From Olavius algarvensis Gamma 3 endosymbiont (GTDB lineage Bacteria; Pseudomonadota; Gammaproteobacteria; GCA-001735895), in contig DS021198.1 in NCBI GenBank assembly GCA_001735895.1, positions 1,406,045-1,438,370 on the forward strand: a stretch of 32,326 bases of DNA, read 5' to 3'. The translations under genes were made by a program, and so were the position numbers. A model generated the notes under the pieces. That model saw nothing but the letters and a program-made list of their open reading frames with translations, did not search any database and had not been told where the DNA came from. Positions within the stretch are counted from its first letter, which is position 1. Each line of letters starts with the position of its first letter. Below are positions 1 through 7,269 of this stretch, in pieces.

Positions 1-44
1 ATATCGACGCCGAGCTTTAATTTGATTTTGGCTCCAATGCAATT

Positions 45-476
45 TTGCTCGACTGGTTTGTATTTAATGGGGGTTTTCGCGTGACGGCCGGTATGTTCAA
101 ACACACCGGCAGCGTCGATTTTAGCGGTCAACTTCAAGGCAATATCTTAGTCGACGGGCAACCCCTTGCGACGGACGATCTAGGTGCTATTGACGGCGAA
201 GTCGAGCTCAGCGATTCGTATCAACCCTATCTTGGTATTGGCTGGGGCCGCGGCGCGGGCGGCACGGGCGGATTATCGTTTTCGGTCGATCTCGGCGTGG
301 CTATGCTCGACCCCGATGTCGATCTGAAAGCGACCGTAAATACCGGTGGCACTAACAGTTTAAACCAGGCCGAACTTGACAGCAGACTGGGCGAACTGGA
401 AAGCGACGCCGAAGATGATCTTGATGATTTGGAACGTTGGCCGGTATTGGCGTTCGGCGTCAATTATGCATTTTGA
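45..476 (+). CDS. C-terminal fragment of an outer-membrane beta-barrel-type protein (Gly-rich, alternating amphipathic strands, ends ...GVNYAF); upstream part missing or frameshifted
   Basis: ORF product ends with an aromatic residue (F) typical of OMP C-terminal strands. An in-frame stop at 18-20 prevents extension to the window edge in this frame, while frame 1 is open from position 1 to about 81, suggesting a truncated or frameshifted gene. Confidence 0.35.
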   Translation: MLDWFVFNGGFRVTAGMFKHTGSVDFSGQLQGNILVDGQPLATDDLGAIDGEVELSDSYQPYLGIGWGRGAGGTGGLSFSVDLGVAMLDPDVDLKATVNTGGTNSLNQAELDSRLGELESDAEDDLDDLERWPVLAFGVNYAF

Positions 477-506
477 TCGGGACTAACTCTGCTATCATTG
501 CAAACC

Positions 507-529
507 GCCGGCTAGCGGCTGTTTTTTTT
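507..529 (+). terminator. putative rho-independent terminator (short GC stem GCCG/CGGC followed by T8)
   Basis: gccggctagcggc stem-loop followed by tttttttt at 522-529, downstream of the 45..476 ORF. Confidence 0.4.
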
Positions 530-541
530 GGGTAGTAATCG

Positions 542-826
542 ATGACGCGAATGGTAAGTTGCCTGGTCCTGGGTGAAGAGGCTCCCGGGCTCGAAAAAGT
601 TCCCTATCCCGGCGAGCTCGGGCAACGGATATACGACAATGTTTCCGCCGAGGGCTGGCGCCAGTGGATTGAGCGCCAGACCATGATTATCAATGAAAAC
701 GGGTTGTCGACGATCGACCCGGCCAGCCTGGCGATTCTCGAACAGCATATGCTCGGATTTATTTTCAAGGAAGGCGAGCTCGGGCAGCAGCCGGAGGGAT
801 TCAGAGCGCCCGGCGCAAAAAAGTAA
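542..826 (+). CDS. yggX: Fe(II)-trafficking / oxidative-damage protection protein YggX
   Basis: 94-aa product MTRMVSCLVLGEEAPGLEKVPYPGELGQRIYDNVSAEGWRQWIERQTMIINE... aligns along its full length with the YggX family (E. coli [42 protein letters not shown]...). Confidence 0.85.
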   Translation: MTRMVSCLVLGEEAPGLEKVPYPGELGQRIYDNVSAEGWRQWIERQTMIINENGLSTIDPASLAILEQHMLGFIFKEGELGQQPEGFRAPGAKK

Positions 827-827
827 A

Positions 828-1994
828 TCAACCGGCCATATTTTCCAGCGTCCATTTCGGTTGCGTAATAAAACGGAGTTTGCCGTAGGCGCTTTGCAAC
901 GCGCCATATGTCTGTTCGAAATCCGGTCCCTGGGCGAAGATGAATCCTAGATAGCTCGCACCTTCAGGTAACGGGATTAACTCGTAACCCGGGTTGATGT
1001 GAATCTCGATATCCCTGACGAATTCGGTTTGCATGGCCGCGGTCAAACCTTCGACGCGTTTTAGAATGCCCGCGGCGGTAATCGGAATCATTAAAACACC
1101 AGCCGCTTCAGCCTGGTCATCGATTTCCGGCGTTATCCCGCACATGCCCCGGATTACGAGTTCCTCCAGCTTTTGCCGCAGCGAGAATTCGATCAACTGA
1201 CCGCACTGCCCACCAATGGTGCGCGCCGCGAGTTCGAGTAAAACCGGTCCCGTTACCGACAGACGCGCTTCGGCATGCACGGGCCCCTGTTCGAGGCCAT
1301 AGGCGTGGCAGCACTTCGTTATTTCTTCGACCAGCTGCCGCCGCTGCCCGGTATTCAACCGGGTAGGTGTGAGATAGTAAGTTTCTTCGAAAAAGGGCCC
1401 GCATAACGGTTCGGGTTTGTCGAAAATCGTTAATAACCTGAAATCACCACCGACCATGAATCCCTCGACAGCGTATTCGGGGCCGTCAATATAAGACTCA
1501 ACCAGCAGATGCTGGCGCGCAAAACCAGTGATTCCGACTGTTTCCAGGATGGCGTCGATACGTCGGCAGGCTGTATGGAACTCGATTTTGTTATCGGCGC
1601 GGATGACGCCGCGGCTGGCGGACAGGCCCAGCGGTTTGACGACGACCGGGTAAGGTAGTTGCAACTGCATAGCATCGATGTCTTGCAGCGCTACGAGTTG
1701 GAATAGCGGGATATTGCAGCCGGCCCTGGCAAGCGCTTCGCGTGCCAGATCCTTGCGCTGCGTGAGCAGGGCGGCAGCGGTTGTGTTGTGTGGCAGATCG
1801 AGCTTTCGCGCAAGGCGGCTACAGAGTTCGACGCAAGTGTCGTCGGTAGCCAGTACACATGCCACCGGTTTGCCTTCGATTGCGGCCAGAATGGTTTCGA
1901 GCGCGGCCTCGGGTTGCCCGAAATCGACCGTAATGCCGTTTGCAATATCCGGCACCAGCGAATGTTCGCTGTTGGAAATCACCATAATGGGCAT
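828..1994 (-). CDS. ATP-grasp domain protein (carboxylate-amine/peptide ligase-like), substrate unknown
   Basis: 388-aa ORF with the central ATP-grasp signature (...PYPVVVKPLGLSASRGVIRADNKIEF... ...LLVESYIDGPEYAVEGFMVGGDF...). It converges on yggX with only 1 nt between their stops. Confidence 0.7.
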   Translation of the reverse strand: MPIMVISNSEHSLVPDIANGITVDFGQPEAALETILAAIEGKPVACVLATDDTCVELCSRLARKLDLPHNTTAAALLTQRKDLAREALARAGCNIPLFQLVALQDIDAMQLQLPYPVVVKPLGLSASRGVIRADNKIEFHTACRRIDAILETVGITGFARQHLLVESYIDGPEYAVEGFMVGGDFRLLTIFDKPEPLCGPFFEETYYLTPTRLNTGQRRQLVEEITKCCHAYGLEQGPVHAEARLSVTGPVLLELAARTIGGQCGQLIEFSLRQKLEELVIRGMCGITPEIDDQAEAAGVLMIPITAAGILKRVEGLTAAMQTEFVRDIEIHINPGYELIPLPEGASYLGFIFAQGPDFEQTYGALQSAYGKLRFITQPKWTLENMAG

Positions 1995-2054
1995 ACCCAG
2001 CGTTCGCGCCGCCGAGCAATAGGCGGCGATGCGATAACTGCCGGATGGCGCCGC

Positions 2055-2084
2055 TAAAACAACAAAGCCGGCGGTGTGCCGGGC
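2055..2084 (-). terminator. rho-independent terminator downstream of the ErpA-like gene (minus strand)
   Basis: Read on the minus strand: GCCCGGCacaccGCCGGC hairpin followed by TTTGTTGTTTT (plus coordinates 2055-2084). Confidence 0.45.
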
Positions 2085-2142
2085 TTTGCGGGATTGTTAC
2101 GGTGGGTCTTAATTAGCGATCAAGTAGCGCTCAGCCGGAAAA

Positions 2143-2580
2143 TCAGGCGCAACCGCCACCGGCGGAACCACAGCCGCCGCAGACGCCGGAGCCGCCGGTT
2201 TCGGCAAACACGTTATTGAAAACGAAACGCTCGCGCCCGACTTCCTGGATATAATCGATCTGTGCGCCCTTGAGATAATTCAACGCCACCACGTCGACCA
2301 GAATCTTAAACCCGTCGAATTGCAAAATAGTGTCGAAATCGCCCTGCTCGTCGGTGAAGGTCATGCCGTATGACAGGCCGCCGCAGCCGCCGCCGCTGAT
2401 GTAAATACGAATCGCGGACACATCTTCGTCGGTCTGGGTGATAATCTCATGCAGCTTGTCCTGCGCCGGCTGGGTGACTTCCAGTTCGTTCACGGTCAGG
2501 CTGGGCTGAAATACTTCGGAACCGCTGCCAGAAACGCTAGGGCTGGCTTGCGGTGGGGTGTAAATACCTACGTTATCCAT
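2143..2580 (-). CDS. A-type Fe-S cluster carrier (ErpA/IscA/HesB family) with an N-terminal Ser/Pro-rich extension and an atypical Gly/Cys-rich C-terminus
   Basis: Core ...IRIYISGGGCGGLSYGMTFTDEQ...FKILVDVVALNYLKGAQIDYIQEVGRERFVFNNV... matches ErpA/IscA. The C-terminus is ...GVCGGCGSAGGGCA, i.e. C-x2-C plus an extra Cys rather than the canonical C-x-C. The first 35 residues (MDNVGIYTPPQASPSVSGSGSEVFQPS...) have no counterpart in ErpA. Confidence 0.7.
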   Translation of the reverse strand: MDNVGIYTPPQASPSVSGSGSEVFQPSLTVNELEVTQPAQDKLHEIITQTDEDVSAIRIYISGGGCGGLSYGMTFTDEQGDFDTILQFDGFKILVDVVALNYLKGAQIDYIQEVGRERFVFNNVFAETGGSGVCGGCGSAGGGCA

Positions 2581-2609
2581 TAATCGATACCTGTGTTGAT
2601 GATGAGCTG

Positions 2610-2617
2610 ATTATACA
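2610..2617 (-). promoter_or_regulatory. extended -10 element (TGTATAAT) of the promoter for the ErpA-like gene
   Basis: The minus strand reads gagTGtATAATcag about 33 nt upstream of the ATG at 2580. The -35 is weak (gtggct). Confidence 0.4.
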
Positions 2618-2806
2618 CTCGATTCGACGAAAGCCACATTAAATTGGCCTCTTATGCCATTGTTACCCGATACCCTGTACAGTTGGGGAATATTCCGACA
2701 ATTGCAAGCTTTCGTGCCGTAATAAAGGAGCTAATTGTCGTGTTTTATAGTGATACTTATGGGAGATTTTCGTATCATCCCCTTCTTTTTCCCCGAGGGT
2801 AACCCG

Positions 2807-4063
2807 ATGTTCACCAAATCAATGAATATTGCCGACTTCGATGCGGATCTGTGGCAGGCGATGGAAGACGAAGCAAAGCGCCAGGAAGATCATATCGAAC
2901 TGATCGCGTCCGAAAATTACACCAGTCCACGGGTGATGCAGGCGCAGGGTTCAGTGCTCACCAATAAATACGCCGAGGGTTATCCCGCCAAGCGTTACTA
3001 CGGTGGCTGCGAGTATGTCGACGTCGCGGAAGTACTCGCGCTCGAACGGGTTAAAAAAATCTTTAATGCGGATTACGCCAACGTGCAGCCGCACTCGGGG
3101 TCGCAGGCCAACGCGGCGGTATTTTTCGCGCTATTGAATGCCGGCGATACCGTGCTCGGCATGAGCCTGTCGGACGGCGGCCACCTGACGCACGGCGCCA
3201 AGGTCAACTTTTCGGGCAAGCTGTTCAATGCGGTCCAGTACGGCTTGAACAACGATACCGGAGAAATCGACTACGAGCAGGTCGAAGCACTGGCCAAAGA
3301 ACACCAGCCGAAGATGATCATCGCCGGTTTCTCGGCTTATTCGCGCATCATGGATTGGCAGCGTTTTCGCGATATTGCGGATTCGGTCGGCGCCTATTTG
3401 TTCGTGGATATGGCTCACGTCGCCGGTCTGGTGGCAGCGGGCCTCTATCCCAGTCCAGTCGGCATCGCCGATGTATGCACCAGCACCACCCATAAAACCC
3501 TGCGTGGACCGCGCGGTGGAATCATTTTGGCAAAGGCCAACGCGGAGATCGAAAAGAAACTCAATTCGATGGTTTTTCCGGGTACCCAGGGCGGCCCGCT
3601 GATGCACGCCGTCGCTGCCAAGGCGGTCGCTTTCAAGGAAGCCATGGGCGATGATTTTGTCGATTATCAGAAGCAGGTGCTGGTAAACGCCAACGCGATG
3701 GCCGAAGAGTTCATCAAGCGCGGTTTCGATGTAGTTTCTGGCGGAACCGATAACCACCTGTTCCTGTTGTCGCTGATCAGTAAGGGGATTACCGGTAAGG
3801 ATGCCGATGCTGCTATGAGCAAGGCGCATATTACGGTTAACAAGAATTCGGTGCCGAACGATCCGCAGTCGCCGTTCGTGACCTCGGGCCTGCGCATCGG
3901 TTCGCCCGCGATCACTACGCGCGGTTTCAACGAGCAGGATTCCCGCGACCTGGCCAATTGGATGAGCGATATACTCGACGATATGGGAAATGAAGATTTG
4001 ATCGCAACCGTCAGATCAAAGGTCAGCGATATCTGCGCCCGTCTGCCGGTTTACCGGAATTAA
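2807..4063 (+). CDS. glyA: serine hydroxymethyltransferase
   Basis: [60 protein letters not shown]... is the canonical GlyA N-terminus. Start chosen at the ATG at 2807 rather than the upstream ORF start at 2735. Confidence 0.95.
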   Translation: MFTKSMNIADFDADLWQAMEDEAKRQEDHIELIASENYTSPRVMQAQGSVLTNKYAEGYPAKRYYGGCEYVDVAEVLALERVKKIFNADYANVQPHSGSQANAAVFFALLNAGDTVLGMSLSDGGHLTHGAKVNFSGKLFNAVQYGLNNDTGEIDYEQVEALAKEHQPKMIIAGFSAYSRIMDWQRFRDIADSVGAYLFVDMAHVAGLVAAGLYPSPVGIADVCTSTTHKTLRGPRGGIILAKANAEIEKKLNSMVFPGTQGGPLMHAVAAKAVAFKEAMGDDFVDYQKQVLVNANAMAEEFIKRGFDVVSGGTDNHLFLLSLISKGITGKDADAAMSKAHITVNKNSVPNDPQSPFVTSGLRIGSPAITTRGFNEQDSRDLANWMSDILDDMGNEDLIATVRSKVSDICARLPVYRN

Positions 4064-4075
4064 AGCCGACGCATT

Positions 4076-4579
4076 ATGAAATGTCCTTTCTGCGGTACGC
4101 CCGATACGCGCGTGGTCGATTCGCGCCTCGCGTCGGAATCGGCCCAGGTGCGCCGCAGAAGGGAATGCGTGTCCTGCGAAACACGTTTCACTACTTACGA
4201 AGCGCCATTGCTGAACATGCCGATGGTGATCAAAAACGACGGCAGCCGTGACGCTTTCGATGAGATGCGGTTACGCAGCGGCATGATGCGCGCGCTGGAA
4301 AAGCGCCCGGTGTCGGCGGAGCAGATCGAAGACGCCATCAATCACATCAAACGCCAGCTGGTCGGCATCGATACCCGGGAAATATCGTCGCGCGAAATCG
4401 GCGCCATGGTGATGCACGAGTTACAGCGGGTCGACCAGGTCGCTTATATTCGATTCGCCTCCGTCTATCTGAGCTTCGAGGACATCCAGGCTTTCGAGGA
4501 AGCCATCCAAACCCTGGCCGCCGAACCAACCCCCGAAGAGCACCGTCGGCAAGTCCCCTTGATCGATGAGGAGAGCTGA
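4076..4579 (+). CDS. nrdR: transcriptional repressor NrdR (zinc ribbon + ATP-cone)
   Basis: MKCPFCGTPDTRVVDSRL...CETRFTTYE is the canonical NrdR N-terminus. The stop overlaps the ribD start (TGATG). Confidence 0.9.
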   Translation: MKCPFCGTPDTRVVDSRLASESAQVRRRRECVSCETRFTTYEAPLLNMPMVIKNDGSRDAFDEMRLRSGMMRALEKRPVSAEQIEDAINHIKRQLVGIDTREISSREIGAMVMHELQRVDQVAYIRFASVYLSFEDIQAFEEAIQTLAAEPTPEEHRRQVPLIDEES

Positions 4580-5694
4580 TGTCGCGGCAACAGCATCATC
4601 GTTGGATGGCGCAAGCGCTGCAACGGGCGCGTAAGGGATTTTACAGCACCCATCCCAATCCGCGCGTCGGCTGTGTGATTGTCAAGAACGGTAGGATGCT
4701 TGGCGCCGGCTGGCATGAATTCAGCGGCGGCCCGCATGCGGAAGTTAACGCAATTGCAGCGGCCGAGATTCCGGCCGGCGCCGATTTTTATGTTACCCTG
4801 GAACCCTGTTCTCACCACGGCCGCACGCCGCCCTGCGTCGACGCGCTTATCGCCGCCGGCGCGGCGCGGGTGATCGTCGCGATGCAGGATCCGAACCCCG
4901 AGGTCAGCGGGCGCGGGCTCGAGCAGTTGCGCGCCGGCGGCATCGAGGTAATCACCGGCGTACTCGAGTCGCAGGCGCGGGAGCTCAACCGCGGATTTAT
5001 AAAACGTATGGAGCGACAGCTGCCTTTTGTCAGCGTAAAAATGGCATTGTCCCTCGACGGCCGCAGCGCACTGGCAAACGGCGCCAGTAAATGGATTAGC
5101 GGCGAACCAGCGCGGCGTGACGTACAATTCCTGCGCGCTCGGGCCTCGGCCATTCTGAGTTCTTCGCAGACGGTGCTGGACGACGATCCATCTCTAAATC
5201 TGCGGCTGTCGAATCAGGAGTTAGGTCAGACACGGGAAGCGCGGCAGCCCATCCGGGTGCTGGTGGATTCCAAACTGCGCTTGAGCGGTCGGGAAAAAGT
5301 GTTTTCCAGCGCGGGCGAGATCTGGATTTATACTTGCAGCGACGATGCCGAGCGCAAGCATCGATTGCTCGAGCGCGGCGCGCAGGTGATCGAGATGACA
5401 GCGTCTGAGACGGGCGGGTTAAAGCTGAGTGCGATGCTGCAAGATATGGCCGCGCGCGGTATCAACGAAGTGCATACCGAATGCGGCAGCCGCCTCGCGG
5501 GCGCGCTGATCGAGCAGCGACTGGCCGATGAAATGATACTTTACCTGGCGCCGCATCTACTGGGTAGCCGGGCGCGCGGCGGATTCGACCTGGGCGAGCT
5601 GACCGCCATGGATCAGCGCAGGTCCTGTCGCATTTGCGATACCCGCCGGATTGGTGAGGATTTACGCTTGACCTTGAACTTCGAACAGGATTAA
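4579..5694 (+). CDS. ribD: bifunctional riboflavin biosynthesis protein RibD (pyrimidine deaminase / reductase)
   Basis: CMP/dCMP-deaminase zinc motifs (HAEVNAI, PCSHHGRTPPC) plus the C-terminal RibD reductase domain. Lies in the conserved nrdR-ribD synteny. Confidence 0.9.
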   Translation: MSRQQHHRWMAQALQRARKGFYSTHPNPRVGCVIVKNGRMLGAGWHEFSGGPHAEVNAIAAAEIPAGADFYVTLEPCSHHGRTPPCVDALIAAGAARVIVAMQDPNPEVSGRGLEQLRAGGIEVITGVLESQARELNRGFIKRMERQLPFVSVKMALSLDGRSALANGASKWISGEPARRDVQFLRARASAILSSSQTVLDDDPSLNLRLSNQELGQTREARQPIRVLVDSKLRLSGREKVFSSAGEIWIYTCSDDAERKHRLLERGAQVIEMTASETGGLKLSAMLQDMAARGINEVHTECGSRLAGALIEQRLADEMILYLAPHLLGSRARGGFDLGELTAMDQRRSCRICDTRRIGEDLRLTLNFEQD

Positions 5695-5696
5695 CC

Positions 5697-6269
5697 GTGT
5701 CGACTATTGTTGCCGTAATAAAAAATAGACAGGCCTGCATAGCCGCAGACAGCCTGACCAGCTTCGGCGATACTCGCCAGGCGGCTGAATTTGTCAGCGA
5801 CTACGAAAAGATTATCGCTTTTGCCGATCATAACCACATCGGTATAGTCGGTAGTGCGGCGCATCACCTGGTGATGCAAAATTTGCTGCAAAAGCATGCC
5901 GACAAGATTGATTTCTCTGATCGTTTCCATATTTTCGAGACCATGCGCCAGCTCCATCCGATACTAAAGGAGGAATACTTTCTCAACAGCAAAGATGAGG
6001 ATGACGATTCCTACGAGTCTTCCCGGGTCGATGCGCTCATCATGAATCGCACCGGCATTTTCGGGCTTTACTCGCTGCGAGAGGTCGATCAGTACACGCG
6101 CTTTTGGGCGGTTGGCTCGGGCGCCGAATTTGCGTTGGGCGCGATGCAGGTAGCCTGGGATCAATTCGATGAGGCCAGCGCAGTTGCGCGCGCCGGAATC
6201 GAGGCGGGTGCCTGCTTCGACACCGGTAGCGCTTTGCCCATGACCAGTTACAGTTTGGAGTTGGATTGA
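5697..6269 (+). CDS. HslV/proteasome beta-subunit-like N-terminal-nucleophile hydrolase (BPH/HslV-like), embedded in the rib operon
   Basis: GTG start 2 nt after the ribD stop; its stop overlaps the ribE ATG (TGATG). The product (M)STIVAVIKNRQACIAADSLTSFGDT...YEKIIAF...GIVGSAAHHLVM...FWAVGSGAEFALGAMQVAW parallels HslV: TTIVSV..IAGDGQ.T.G, Lys33, GSGG loop. Thr3, Asp18, Lys38 and GSGA are all present. Confidence 0.6.
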   Translation: MSTIVAVIKNRQACIAADSLTSFGDTRQAAEFVSDYEKIIAFADHNHIGIVGSAAHHLVMQNLLQKHADKIDFSDRFHIFETMRQLHPILKEEYFLNSKDEDDDSYESSRVDALIMNRTGIFGLYSLREVDQYTRFWAVGSGAEFALGAMQVAWDQFDEASAVARAGIEAGACFDTGSALPMTSYSLELD

Positions 6270-6934
6270 TGTTTACAGGAATCATCAAGGCGCTTGGCAG
6301 CGTCGCCGGCAGCGAACCACGCAACGGAGATATCCGGCTCACGATCGACTGCGGCGGCCTGGACCTGTCGCGCGCGCAACTTGGCGACAGCATTGCGGTT
6401 AACGGGGTATGTCTGACCGCGATCCAGCTCGGCGAGCAGTCTTTCAGCGCGGACGTTTCGTTGGAAACCATGGACAAGACCAGCCTCGGTGAACTCGCCC
6501 TTGGCAGCCCGGTCAATCTGGAACCCGCGCTGACGCTGAACGATGCCCTCGGGGGACATCTGGTCAGCGGACACGTGGACGGGGTCGGCAGGATGCTGGA
6601 GATGCAGCCGGACGCGCGCTCGATCCGGTACCGTTTTGAAATCGAACCCGCGCTGCAGCATTATGTCGCCACCAAGGGTTCGGTTACCATCGATGGCACC
6701 AGCCTGACGGTAAACCGCGTCGACGGCAATCGATTCGATGTTAATATTGTGCCGCATACCCAGCAGAAAACAGTATTCCAGTACTATCAGCCGGGTGCCC
6801 GGGTTAATATCGAAGTCGATATAATCGCGCGCTATCTCGAGCGCTTGCTGCAGGGCCGAGCCGATTCCAACTCAGACAAAGACCAACAGATGCTCGAAAC
6901 CCTGGTAAAATCGGGATTTATCAATCATGAATAA
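6269..6934 (+). CDS. ribE: riboflavin synthase (alpha subunit)
   Basis: MFTGIIKALGSV... with two lumazine-binding repeats. The ATG at 6269 overlaps the upstream stop. Confidence 0.9.
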   Translation: MFTGIIKALGSVAGSEPRNGDIRLTIDCGGLDLSRAQLGDSIAVNGVCLTAIQLGEQSFSADVSLETMDKTSLGELALGSPVNLEPALTLNDALGGHLVSGHVDGVGRMLEMQPDARSIRYRFEIEPALQHYVATKGSVTIDGTSLTVNRVDGNRFDVNIVPHTQQKTVFQYYQPGARVNIEVDIIARYLERLLQGRADSNSDKDQQMLETLVKSGFINHE

Positions 6935-7269
6935 ACCAGTTAAGCTAGCCTGCATATTGCATGAAGGCGGCACAAACTCCGGAGAAGTCACATAGATATC
7001 AAAGTATTAAGTCAATTATTCCGGAAAATGGCTGGTTACAGTTTGTGCCTGAACGAAATCAGGACCAATCCGCAGGATGCGGATTGGCGATGCGCAGCAA
7101 CCCCGAAGGGGTGTGCGCCATGGATGGCGCACATCAATAATCTGGCTGCCAATCTCGAACGATCCCCCTTGAGCCATAGCTATGGCTATGACTCGGCGGG
7201 CGATCGTCCGACCTTGTTTGCCAGATTTCCCCTGAGTTTCGTTCCCTTCATGCAATATCCAGGCTAGAT

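Noticed and set aside
227-463. Minus-strand 78-aa ORF inside the OMP fragment, and similar shadow ORFs in the six-frame track (e.g. 604..855-, 1117..1404-, 3131..3829-, 4465..5127-, 6248..6757-, 7369..8037-, 11507..12067-, 13165..13653-, 14850..15389-, 23029..23751+)
   Set aside because: These are antisense to strongly supported conserved genes, have low-complexity or biased products (Arg/Ala/Pro-rich) typical of GC-rich shadow frames, and lack RBS or homology.
2735-2806. Longer glyA start at 2735 ([19 protein letters not shown]…)
   Set aside because: The N-terminal extension has no GlyA counterpart. The canonical MFTKSM… start at 2807 fits the family alignment.
7028-7267. 79-aa ORF in the ribE-ribBA spacer
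   Set aside because: It coincides with the hairpin/palindrome cluster and has no protein-like features. The region is more likely non-coding.
6935-7269. FMN riboswitch (RFN element) expected upstream of ribB/ribBA
   Set aside because: The conserved RFN cores (GGGCAGGGUGAAAUUCCC, ACCGGCGGUA, AGCCGACAGU, GGAUG…GAAG arrangement) are not present. Only generic hairpins are seen.
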